DNA of 64,000 nucleotides from Takakia lepidozioides. Taxonomy: Eukaryota > Plantae > Bryophyta. How positions within the stretch are numbered: the stretch's first letter is position 1; every line of letters starts with the position of its first letter. The stretch lies in contig CM060732.1 of the NCBI GenBank assembly GCA_030704615.1, positions 35,960,001-36,024,000 of the forward strand. Direction: 5' to 3'. Made by a program: the position numbers and the translations under genes. The notes below the pieces were generated by a model. The model did not search any database. It saw only the letters and a list, made by a program, of their open reading frames with translations, and had not been told where the DNA came from. This document shows positions 40,742 through 52,200 of the stretch, piece after piece.

Positions 40742-41956
40742 CTACATCCTCTGTCTGACTCGCCTGCCACTGGCGTCAGTTCCGTCAGAGAGTTGGCCCC
40801 ACACGCTCCTGTTTCGAATTGATCCCCCTCCTCCCCCTCCTCCCCCTCCCGCATCCTCATAGACTCCAGCAACAGTTCTCAACAGCTCAGACTGCAACGA
40901 TGGACAGCTTTCTCGTAGGTACTCGAAGCCATCTGAATGCATAACTGCTGCAAGGTTTGCTGCGGCAAACTTAAGACAGACAGCCTTTAACTCTGACGCA
41001 TGGTGCTGCTCTGCAAGGGCAAGGGTAGTGGCCACCGTATCTGTGCTCACATTCTCACACAGCTTGGACTCACAAAGCAGGCGTAATCGGTCGAGACCAT
41101 ACCGATCTGCTGCTGCTAGAAGGTGTTGCGCCAACAGAGTGGACGCAGATGATCCTGTCAAATCCTTAGAGTCAGGAAGAGCATCCCTGTAGATAAAATG
41201 CAGCAGAGCCTTGAATACGGGTGCTTCAATGTCAGCAATCTGAAGGTTTCCACTGTTCCGGTCACGCATTGGCCCGAAAAGCTGGGCTTTGAAGACTGGC
41301 GAACGAGCAGCTAATACCAGTTTATGTGCATGGAATGTCTCACCATCTACCTCAAATATTACATCCGTGCCCTCTCCATTTTCAAACAGCGCACCAAAAT
41401 GCTGACCTAGGTCCGGCTCTGGCACAGGAATGTGATATAGCCTGGGACCTTGCGTAGACGACACAACCACCCCCACCGTACACGTAATTGCAAGGCTATC
41501 ATTCTTCAAGAAATCCGAAGTTTCCAGAACGGCGCGCCTAAAAAACCGCTTGTAACCCCACATGCTGCCGCGATACTTGAGAGTGTAAGGACCACTCTCA
41601 AGCGAGCTATCAAAATGGCTGTGCACCTTGTGTTTGGCCTTGCCGCTCTGGTCCAAGAGCGTCAGTTCGAACAGCGCTCGAACATCTGTGCCCTCGCTTG
41701 CTAATGCTATGAAAACAGACACGTACAGGGAATTGTCTTCCGCATTCTTGCCATCGGGGTAGAATTAGATGGCCCACTGGTATCCCCCGACAGTGAAGCT
41801 CTCACTGGCAATGTACTTCCCCACTCCCATGCCCTTTGCAAGCGAATATCCATTAATGGTGAAGTGATGCGAGCCATTTACAGTTTCTGTCACACAGCGT
41901 GACCGCGTATTGCTATTACTACCAGCGCCTGTGCTTGCCATGGGTGTCCGGGCCAT
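40742..41956 (-). pseudogene. Intronless BTB/POZ-MATH (BPM-like) gene with a single in-frame TAA at 41765-41767
   Basis: 405 collinear codons: MATH ([44 protein letters not shown]) and BTB ([25 protein letters not shown]), C-terminus GRRVRQRM. The stop replaces the conserved Tyr of WAIYFYPDG. Confidence 0.9.
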
Positions 41957-42452
41957 GAGATTCCGCCTGCCTCATCCCCTGCCTGTATGTCTACCTCCTT
42001 TCCTTGTTCCCAGTCTCGGCAGCGGCATGTGCCTGCTATGCTAGAGCTCGCAGCAGCTAACCCTTGGCTCGCTTTGCTGGTGGCAGACCTAATGCGGCAC
42101 TCTGGTCTGTCTTGCGCTGCGCGAGGTAGTTGTAGAAAGCTCTAGCACCTGCCCTGCCGCTGCCCACAAATGACTTTGACTCGCGCGCTCGCTAACAATC
42201 GCTAACGTAATCCGCCACGTCTCTGTCGTGCTCGCCACCCTAATTCCTTTCTTCCACGCTCTCTGTTACTTACAGTACGCACCCTCCGACACCGACTCGC
42301 GAGTCGCGACTTGTTTGCTGCTCGCTAGCCTACCGTAAAGGATTTTGGGGGCAGATTCTGCCGTTTTTGAGGCAAATTAGGATGCAGAAGATCGACGCTC
42401 CACGGCGCTGGCGCTTTCTGCATTCCTAAAGAACCGGGCCATATGTCTTAGC

Positions 42453-42712
42453 GTATAAATATGTTCATTATTTACCTGAATGCCCCGCCGGTGCGTGAGG
42501 AGGCAATATGGCGCGGTGTATTGCACGGTGCACATTATACCCGGTATAATGCTCATTATTTACCTGAATGACCCGCCGTGCGTGAGGAGGCAATATGGCG
42601 CGGTGTATTGCACGGTGCACATTATACCCGGTATAATGCTCATTATTTACCTGAATGACCCGCCGTGCGTGAGGTGGACTTGGCGCGGTGTATTGCACGA
42701 TGCACATTATAC
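42453..42712. repeat. 87-88 bp tandem repeat, about 3 copies, with the palindrome CATTATAC-CCG-GTATAATG at unit junctions
   Basis: CATTATTTACCTGAATG at 42466, 42554 and 42641. Confidence 0.95.
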
Positions 42713-42970
42713 ACCCCCTTCTAATGCACTGCCCTCATCTTTTGGGGTTCAAATCTTTTCTTTTCGCGCTAGATTTCTTTTAGCAATTTCTTCCAAGCCA
42801 AAAATGCCGTTGATAGTTTTCCAGGAAATGGCGCAAAGTTTACTGAAATTGTTCAAACAGCTTCTGTTGTGTACATGAATTCGTAGCAATGTGCCGCACC
42901 TTCTACGTATCTACGGCGGCAATGTGCCAAACACCAACCCTAATCACTCATTTTCTTTCGCAGGCGCCTT

Positions 42971-44979
42971 CTAGACAAGTGCAGCACGTAGCAGATTGGC
43001 TGCTTGAATAGCATCACCTGTCACATTCAGTGTAATGATGTTGCAGTTTTGCATATTGTTAAAATTATGCCCAGCCTGCACTCGAACTGTAGTAGCAGGA
43101 AAATGATGCAACATCGAAGTATCACATTGCACAAGCTCACGTTCAGCCTGCACAAACAATCCATCTGGCATGTTGAACAAATTTTCCTCGTTCCGCTTAG
43201 CCGGAATGGATTTCCCTGCAGTCTCCAACGCACTGGGATCAACCGCCGCATTAGGGTGAACAATGACAAGATTATTAGGAATAGAACCTAAAATCTGCCG
43301 AAGTGCAGGAGACTCCATCTCCAAAACAGAACCCTGTTGGACCTTACCGTACGCTTGGACTTCATACTGTAAAGCATCAACAAACAGCAGGGTTTTGCCC
43401 TCGTGTTTTTCACCAGAAACAATACGTTGAGCAGCCCGGTCTTGCAACATCTTGTCAACACAAGAATACTTCTCGTAGCTCTCTTCATCGCGATGCCTTG
43501 TTATCTGCATCCCTGTCCTCGAGGCACAAATGCCTCTTGCATACGAGTTATGCCGGTGCTCCTTCCAGATTTATTGGAAATGATCTTATCCTGCAAACCT
43601 GGAACTCCATTGGTCATTTTTTTTGTCATGCCCCCTAGCGTGTTCCTGCCGACAGGCCCTTTTGAGAACCACGCGACATCGTTGGGTTCAAATTTCGAAA
43701 GCGGCGTGAAAAACAACGGGTGAGGAGGCTTTTCCTCCACACTAAAAACAAGTCGGTGCAATACAAGCACCTCGAAGGTATGGATAACATCAACAACAGG
43801 GCCTATCACAGGTTTATGGAGGTTGTGAACTCCGCATTTTTCAATACCTACTTTGGAGGTTTTCGTAATCCCTGAAGTGTATTTTAAAACTCTGCCGAGA
43901 ACAGTATTGGTAGTTGTAAAGTCCTGCATCTTGATAGCATGCATCTCCGACGCAGCACGGATGAAGATATTCTGCATTGCTACCCACACAAATCTGAAAT
44001 TAGCGCCACTAGGAGAGTCGACTTGACACATTGGTTGTGCCAGAACAAGAAGCTCTTCATCGAGCGTTAATAAGTGTGAGTTCTTCACAACTTTCCCCAG
44101 GCCAGCCCCGAAGGCCCTCATTATAGTCTCATCACCTACTATCTTTGCTTTTTGGTAGCGAACATCAGTGAAGATGTTGAATCGTTCCTGTACTTTGCTA
44201 TTCTGGATAGCCCTTACATTGCACCGCGCTCGAATTAACCGACCTAAACCACGCATCAGGGATTGCAGTGATTTGGGTGGATACACTTCTAAAATGAACT
44301 GAGGTAGCATATCGACAAATGGATGCAAATCTTCCTGTTCAGACAGGTCCTCCACAAAGATATTGGTATGATAGCCTTTCTCCGAACTCCAGTTGTCAAA
44401 GGTCTTGCGCGCACATTCTTCTGCAGGTCGGCTCCTTCTCCGACCACCTTCGTCGACAATCTTCAGCTCCTGACCAGAAATGGTCATGTGCCGTCGTTTA
44501 GCAAGCTCTGCAAGTTGTACAACTACACTCTCCTCATCCGAGGAGGAATTATCACTCCCCGAGCCTTCGTCGATACCTTGATACGCAGGTACATCATTGT
44601 CTCTTACCACAACAACATGCTCAAGTGGTTGTGCATTCGGCACCTCATCTTGCAATTCGACCTTAACACCCGCCAATTCGACACCAGCATTCTGCAATTC
44701 GGCAACCAGCAATTCAACTTCAATCGACGAGTACAAACCTGTAAGCAAATTGTCCTCTACACATTGTGCGGTGAACAAATAAGCAGCAGATACTTCTTCC
44801 GTAGAATTGACAGCAAGTTTCACATCCAATTCGACCTCAACAACATAAATATCAGAATCAAGAACAATTTCTTCAGGCAGGTCTGAAAAATTCACTCCAA
44901 GATCAAAATTCGGCAATTCCACTTCTGTGCATTGGCGTTTAGCAGACACGCCATCCTCTCTATCAATTATAGCCTCCAT
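42971..44979 (-). pseudogene. DUF3504/Crypton-type tyrosine recombinase, one frameshift near 43510
   Basis: FILEV-YPPKSL, FNIFTDVRY, GLGKVVK..LTLDEE, DSPSG, FIRAASEMH (catalytic R), KYTSGITKT (K), LFFTP, WFSKGPVGRNTL, ISNKSGRSTGIT (HxxR position, K for H), then after the frameshift MQITRHRDEESYEKY (H, Y). Acidic N-terminal region. Confidence 0.8.
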
Positions 44980-45619
44980 CGTCACAAGCAATCACCGCAA
45001 CAGAGTTGAGTAGACGCTGCAAAAAGTGAGTGTTACCGAAAACAAGCTGCAAACACAGCTGATACCAAACATGAGCGATAAAAGAAAAGCCACAAGCCAA
45101 CGCCAAAATGACTTACTAAAGAAAACGGGAAAGAAAATGAAATATGGCCTGTTTCTTTACACAGGATAATGCCCCTTGTGTCGGGCATTCCCGGATTTAA
45201 GTGCCTTCCTTGGGCTACCGCCCTCGAGGTCAGGCCCTTAAATCCGGGAATGCCCTCCACTCGGGGCATTACCCAATACCTAATCAGCTGTTTGACTCTC
45301 CTAATCGGCAGTTTGACTTTAATTGGCTCATTATGGCTTGCAGCCAATGAGCGCCTCGTAGAATCTGCTCCCAAAAGTCCTTTGCGCCAGGGAACGCGCC
45401 CTAGGGGGCGCATTCTCTAATACGGAAAACACTCTCACTCTCACTATTCTTCGACTCATCAACCTTAGCTAGGATATCATGGAGCTGGAGATTGAACCCA
45501 AGATCTCATGGCGCTGAAGCATTGAACATAGAATTTCATGTGGTTCAAGCATTGAACCCAGGATCTCAGGAGCTTGAGAGCATTAAATAAGTTTTGCCCT
45601 GGGCCCACCAGCCCCACCA

Positions 45620-45828
45620 AGGGGTCAAGAACCGGAACCTGTTTTTACCCCTGCGCCCCGGTTCTCTGGTTCTCACACCCAGCAGGAACCGCCGGTTCGG
45701 TTCTGCGCCGATCCCCATTGGCAAGTTCCGGTTCCGGGTCAGGTTCTGTAGGAATGGGCCCGGTTCCGGTTAACTTGAACCTGAACCAGCGGTTAACCTG
45801 GGTCCCGGCGGGTAACCGCCCAACACTG
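45620..45828. mobile_element. Right end of a hAT-like non-autonomous element
   Basis: Repeated AACCGG/GGTTCCGG subterminal motifs ending in GCCCAACACTG (reverse complement CAGTGTTGGGC). The left end was not found. Confidence 0.5.
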
Positions 45829-48599
45829 GTTCAAACCCCCCTTAGAGCCAAAATGACTTTTCAAACAGCGGATGAAAAATTGCTTTTCCCATCCATTGGT
45901 CATCCATTGTTCATCCCTCCAACGGATGAAAAATTGCATTTATCATCTCGTCTTCATCCACCCTACATCCATCCATCCTTCCTTCATCCGCCATCATCCA
46001 TCCACAAAAAATCTCTACTCAACGCCACGAGTCGAGGATTTGGTCGTTTCTCTGGTTTGAAACCCCTAAAAGCCTTGGTTCGAGTTCCATGGATTTTCTC
46101 TCCTCTAATTCCCGCCGAGGTGTCTCGTGTTGCTTTGCGATGCCGTTTTGGACTATAGGTTCATTTTATGGCTCTAGACTACGACTTCCAAACCCTCAAG
46201 AGCCCCTTCAAAATTCCCCTCTAGCCGTTATAGTGGCCTAATCATCCCACATACCTAACCAACAAAGGGTATTAATCCTCCAAAAGGATTTGATCTTGCC
46301 ACCCCCCTTAATCAACATCCGCTGGACAATAGCAAATAAAGAACTATATCTATTACCCAGCAGTCCCCTGGCCTGACAGATCCCGCACTGCCGCGACGCT
46401 ATTGGCTGAAAACGGGGCCAGTCAATGGTCAATGGGGTCTTATCCAATGGGTAAAAGCTCCAACCAAGGGATCCGGACGGGATTTGAAGCCCCCCCACCA
46501 CTGCTTAAGCCTGCGCGACAGCCGTGGGCCTGGAGCCAGTCAACGCCTCCCCCTTTTCTCGTGGTTTGTGTTTAGTACCACACAATAGCCAGCTTTGGCT
46601 ATTGACTTAAGCATAAAGGCCCATCATCATGGCCCACTTTAGTTCCATCATGCCGAAAAAAGAAAACACCATCCCCCCATAATATGCCAACTTTTGTGGG
46701 TTATACTAACCCTTGGGGTTAGTAAAAAAAAAAAACATATTAGTTCCTTAAAAAATGAGGTCCCTCAAGCTTATATGGGTTATGGGGGCCTAAACTTGGT
46801 GGAATCAAGCTCTGAAAATTGGGTTGGGAAGGTATTTAAGATTCCAACGACATGGGACAAAGTAAATATTATACTTGCAAAAAAAATTCATTCTTCCTAC
46901 CTTCTTGGTTTCCTCTCTCTCCCATGAGGGAAAATGAAGCCTAGTGAAGAGGACAAAAGAAGGTTAGACCTAGTTGCTCTAGGCTCCTCTCCCTTAACTT
47001 CAAATGACAAAAAGAACTAACACTCATATTTATTCCAAGCTTGAACTAAGCTAATCATTGCATGGTTAGTCTTGGAAGTCAAGGGTTAGTGATTCATCAA
47101 TTTGAACAATACAAAGGCCTAGTGGCCAACATAAAAAGAACCCACATCCACATTAGAGCTACCCCGACACTGCATAGTTAGCACTCTTAGGTTAGATCTT
47201 TCTACTCTTAAGCCAAAAGACAACACATGGAACAAAATGACAACTCCTTGGGCTCTTGGCCACTAAGGAGGGTTAGGTTTTTTTTTTTTTTCCCAAGCTC
47301 CCACCACTATCTTAGTTAGTAAGACCAAGCTAAGGTTAATTCAAAGGTTTCCAACAACAATGGACAAACCAACAACACAAAATGCAAACAAAAATGGACA
47401 AAGGGCTAAGAACTTTCTCTTCATTCAAAGGGTCTTCATTTGGCTAAGTGGGCTACCAAAACTTAGATGGAAGGGGTAGTGCTCACCTCTCCTATGGGGT
47501 TTGTTACTCATATCTCCTCTTCACACTCCAAGGGCTTCGTCATGTTTGCTGAGGTACTTAACACAGCAAAATCCCAGTCGGCCGCTATCGCTGGATAAAA
47601 CCTCTTTAGGATTTTTTTTTATGAGACCAAGACTCCTTGGAAGCTCCTTGAACTGATTTCATACTAAAAAGTGGAAATGCCCTCATGGGAAAAAGATATC
47701 ACTGTCGGTACTTCGCTGCTTGCCGCACTACAGTGTCTGTTTTGCATGAAAGAACTAAAACACAAGGGAACCCATGCTTGATCCCTGTCACTGACATATC
47801 CGAGCATGAAAATGGAATCGTATCATGAGCATGTGTGCTTCACGCCTCCAACGTCCTCATGAAACTGCATTGGAGCAATGTGAAAATTTCTACTTGTACA
47901 TTGCGAGACTGTTGTCAACCGTGTCGTTGAAAGTATAAGCCAGTGGGTAGTTTGTCGTTGAGGTCAAACTTTCCTAACTTGCCTCTGCTTGAATAGCAAT
48001 TGGATGTTGAGGTAAGGAACAGGCAGACCGTTGCCTACAGTCATTTAATCGGCCCCTAGGTGTTCGAACGGAGAAGCAACACCCAAATGACCCTTTACTG
48101 CCTCGTACGTACTTGGTGTGTCAGGATATTCCTCCTTAGCAAGTGGAAGAAGAAATACAATGTTCTAGTATTTTTCCCTTGACATCCACGATAAGACTTT
48201 TTTGCAAGCGGTTGCATAATCTGTAACCATCCATGCTCCATTTGTTGAAAGTGATGTAGTCCGACAATCAAACATCCACAATGTTTGAGCTTGGGGGGAA
48301 GTGTGATCTTGGCTTCGGGCTCGTCTTAAAGATGGAGCGCTTGGGGCTGGTACTGAAGTAGAGCTGGGGGGCCCTAGAATCATCATTGACGTGCTTCTCA
48401 ACGGGACTCAATTTCATACGGGTTCAACACCTACAATCCGAAATCCGCAGTTTAAATATGTAATTCACTTTGCAATTATCTTTGTATGGTAGTTTAGATA
48501 TCTGCTTCATTAATCTGCACTACTTTTGCAAATAGTGTACTATGTTATAAGTTTTGTAATTCGCATTATATTTGTCCGTAGGACATTATTTTAATAAAA

Positions 48600-51500
48600 A
48601 TGTCAATATGTATCTACTATTAATACATATATGGCGGTCGCATCTAATTAAAAGAAATAATAATAGCTGTAACCACCAAAATTTGACGGTTGTATCTAAT
48701 TAAAATCTCGTAAAAATCAAGCAATCGTAAAAAATTGGCAGCCGCATATAAGTTGATAGTGGGTAATTGAAATCTACATAAAATTCATGACCGCCACTAT
48801 TTGACAATCGCATATAAATTTTAAAAACCATTTATAGCTGCGACCGAGAAATTTTGACGATCGCAACTAATTAAAAAATTCACAAAATTATCAATATCCT
48901 GGGGTCGCATCTAGTTTAAAATAGCTACAACCGACAAATTTTGGCAGTCGCAACTAATGAAAACGACCTGAAAATTCAAGTGACTGTCAATATGTCGCGG
49001 CCCTTTGCCTTGAGGGCAGGGGGTCGGGACACGAGAGGGGCTGCCCTTGTGGTGGAGGCGGTGACAACAATAGATGCGGGGGCTGAAGCACTCTTGCCTT
49101 GGGAGGCGGAGGCACTCACTAGGTGGAGCCCCGCACACCGGGCTGCAGTGGGGGTGGTTCTACGAGGGGTGGTGGTAGCTTAGCGGGACTTGTTGGCGCA
49201 GTTTGGCGGGACGTTGAAAGACGTGTTGAAGGCGGCTAATGTCACTTCCACTAAGACAAATTTAAGGTGAAGCCTAAGGAACCCGGCACCTTCGAGGGCG
49301 TCCGAAATCGGAAGGCACTCAACACCTAGCTCTTGGAGCTAGAGCAGTACTTCCGGGCGGCCAAGTTGAGTGACGAGGATTGGGTGGAAGTGGCTCCCAC
49401 CTATTTGAGGGGCTATGCTCAACAATGGTGGCAGAAACGTCTTCACGACCGAGGTCCAAACCCGAAAACCATGACCTGGAGTGGGTTCAAGGAACTAATG
49501 AAGAGACAGTTTGTGCCCCTCAACACGTCTTGGCTCGCCCGGAACAAGATGAGGAATCTGAAGCAAACGGATGACATTCGGGGATATGTTCAGGCTTTCA
49601 ATGTGTTGTTGCTCAAAGTCGCGGACATGGCAGAACCAGAAATGGTCTTCAACTTTGTGGCGGGACTCGCCCCATGGGCCAGGCGGAAGTTGGTGGAGAA
49701 GCCACCTAAGACTTTGAACGAGACAATTAAGAGGGCTGAATGTTTCTCAGATGTCCCTAGGGGCGAAAGACAAGGCCGTACGGAGCTGAACCACAAGAAG
49801 ACCCGGCGGGAGGGTGACTCATTTTGACCGGAAAAGAAGTGGGATAGGCTACGCGGCGACAATGGCACGTGGAAATCGAAGGGAGGGCGCGAGCGTTTGC
49901 TGAAGCTCGTAAAGTACAACATTGCCAAAGCTAGGAAACGGTATGAATGGCAAGCGAATCGGAAGCGGGGGAGGTTAAGTTTGAGGCAGGCACGGAGGTC
50001 TGGTTGAACATCAAAAATTTTCGACTCGGCGTGTTCCCGTACCTCAGGCCAGCATTCCAAGGCAGACCCAATTGTAGTGATTGGGGCGTACGGTTGGTTC
50101 AAGGTTATCTTCCTAGTCAAAAAGGGTTCAAGGTGAACCCTTGCTCGAGGTGATGCCAAAAAAAGTGGCATCACGAGCGATCGCAAGCAAATGTTGTTGC
50201 AGTAAGACGATTCGATCCTCGGGGAGGATCGTTCCTTGGCCTTGAAGTGGGCCAAGAAGAGTGCACTGGGAGGAGCTTGAGAGGCTTCACCCTTGGCCGG
50301 GACTTGGAGGAAGTCGGCCGAACTAGCTAGTAGAGAGTAAAGTCAAGTGGGGGTTTGGTTCTTTGCCATGGGTAGCCATGGTACAGAAACAAACTCGTTG
50401 ATGTTGGACGCCACAACTTGGATGTTCGTTTTTACAAAATGGACAAGTTGATGAGGACATCGACTCCCTGTTGGTAGGGGTGTGTGTCGCGGCCCTTTGC
50501 CTTGAGGGCAGGGGGTCGGGACACGAGATGGGCTGCCCTTGTGGTGGGGGTGGTGGCAACAATAGGTGCGGGGGCTGAAGCACCATGAGTGCCCAAAGCA
50601 CTCAAGGAGGCGGAGGCGCTCACTAGGTGGAGCTCCGCACACTGGGTTGCGGTGGGGGTGATTCCACGAGGGGTGGTGGTAGCTTAGCAGGGCTTAGTGG
50701 GGGTGGCATAGGACTCACCATGGGGCGGAGACCTTGAGGTGGGAGTCGTGGGGAGTCTTGGGACTCATCACGGTCTAAATGGGGCCGTGGTGGGTGGGCC
50801 AAGACTCACCGCGACTCATCACCGGGAATCGAGGGTCTTCGTGGTGGTTCGCCATAAAAGGATGGTGTTGTTTGTGGAACCCCCGCGGACAGTCACAGAA
50901 GTATATATAGGGAGTAGTAACCCCGAGAACGGTGCAAGCCCGTTGGCGACCAAAAACTAGTGAGTAAACGAGCGAGTCGGAAAGCGACCAAGGAATGGGG
51001 AGTGATTCCGGACTGCCATCTACCAAGGGGAATTTCCACTAGGCCCAAATTGGTGGAGGGTTCCTTGGAAGAATAAAGGGGGACCGTTATGTCCCGGTGA
51101 GCAGCCGAAGCTCCGAGTTGGTCCGGCGGCCAAGTTGGGAGTTAGGCGCGCGCATCAAAGCGAGTAACTATGACTTGAAGGGGAGCTTACCGAAGTGAGG
51201 TGCGCGACACAATATTTGATGGTCACACAAGTTAAACAAAACATTAAACAGTTACAATCGTCAAAATTTGGCAAGCATAGCTAATTAAAAAATACATCAA
51301 GTTCAAGTGACCACTAATATTTGGCGGTCGCATGTAATTTCAAAAACATTAATAGCTGCAACTGCCCAATTTTGGCAGTCGCACTTAATTAGAAATACAA
51401 AAATAGATTTGATCACTAGTATTCGGCGATCAAAGTAAATTGATAATTAAAAAAATGTAATTGAAATCCATAAAATCTCTATAATAATAACTACATCTAC

Positions 51501-52200
51501 GTATGTAGTCCACGGTCAACCTAGGCTACCACCTCGTTATCATAGGATATGATTGAACTAATAAAAGTTAAACCCCAAAAAATTATACAATGTATAATGT
51601 GCATTAAAGACGTTACGCCCTAATTTATGATTTTCCATTTGTTACGTCGTATCGCGTCAAAATTCATGCTAACATTTGGGATAGCCATTACAAACCGTCT
51701 TTTTGAATTTCAAGCTAACTTAATTGTGTATATTGGAGGATTTTGTTCTACACCATGGATGATTATCATGCTTTTTATCCATACTCTGTTCATAAGACAT
51801 GTCAATCCACCTGTCATTGTTGGGGGGGAGGGATTTAAAAAAAACAATATTTTTATTGTGCACGCTCGAATATAATGTTTAAAAAAAATAAAAATCCAAT
51901 GTGGCCACTATAATCTGTGAGACCACTACAGTGGTCGCCCAAACATACTCAACTCAAGGGGATCGCTAATGCGGTATTTAATTATTATTTTCAGGTGACC
52001 ACTGGAGCCGTCGTCCAAATATAATGTGAATGTTTTTTTTTTTTTTTGTTTTTTTTGTTTTTTTCCTTTCCACAATACGACCGTTCGTTGGTGACCTCCG
52101 AGAAACCGCAAAGTGACCGTCGGTGATCTCTAAGCGGTTGTCTGACAACCGTCCAATGTTTTTTTAATTCTTTGAATTTTTTTTTCAAGCAACTGTTATA
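48600..52200. mobile_element. Degenerate DNA-transposon (CACTA-like) subterminal repeat region, interrupted by the Gypsy element
   Basis: AT-rich DNA with many TTTGGC(G/A)GTCGCA(T/A)CTAATT-like motifs on both sides of 48993-51209; termini not defined. Confidence 0.45.
48993..51209 (+). mobile_element. Internally deleted Ty3/Gypsy LTR retrotransposon
   Basis: TGTCGCG...CGCGACA termini with 5-bp TSD CAATA (48988-48992 and 51210-51214). 5' LTR remnant 48993 to about 49190 matches the 3' LTR 50485-51209. Purine-rich tract GGTAGGGG before the 3' LTR. Gag ORF 49333-49827 (YLRGYAQQWW..TWSGFKELMKRQF..LKQ..YVQAF..FVAGL). Confidence 0.92.

Larger units (their letters stand above)
42334..45417 (-). mobile_element. 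Crypton-like tyrosine recombinase DNA transposon (boundaries approximate)
   Basis: DUF3504-like YR gene flanked by an imperfect inverted repeat of about 26 bp (42334-42359 / 45360-45386), hairpins (42377-42430, 45164-45272, 45391-45417) and an 87-bp palindromic tandem array. Confidence 0.7.

Noticed and set aside
42453-42712. CRISPR-like array (also considered for 3231-3530 and 34109-34349)
   Set aside because: The units are full tandem copies without unique spacers, there are no cas genes, and the context is eukaryotic.
51900-51940. CACTA pentamers as element termini
   Set aside because: No matching TAGTG end or 3-bp TSD could be paired with them.
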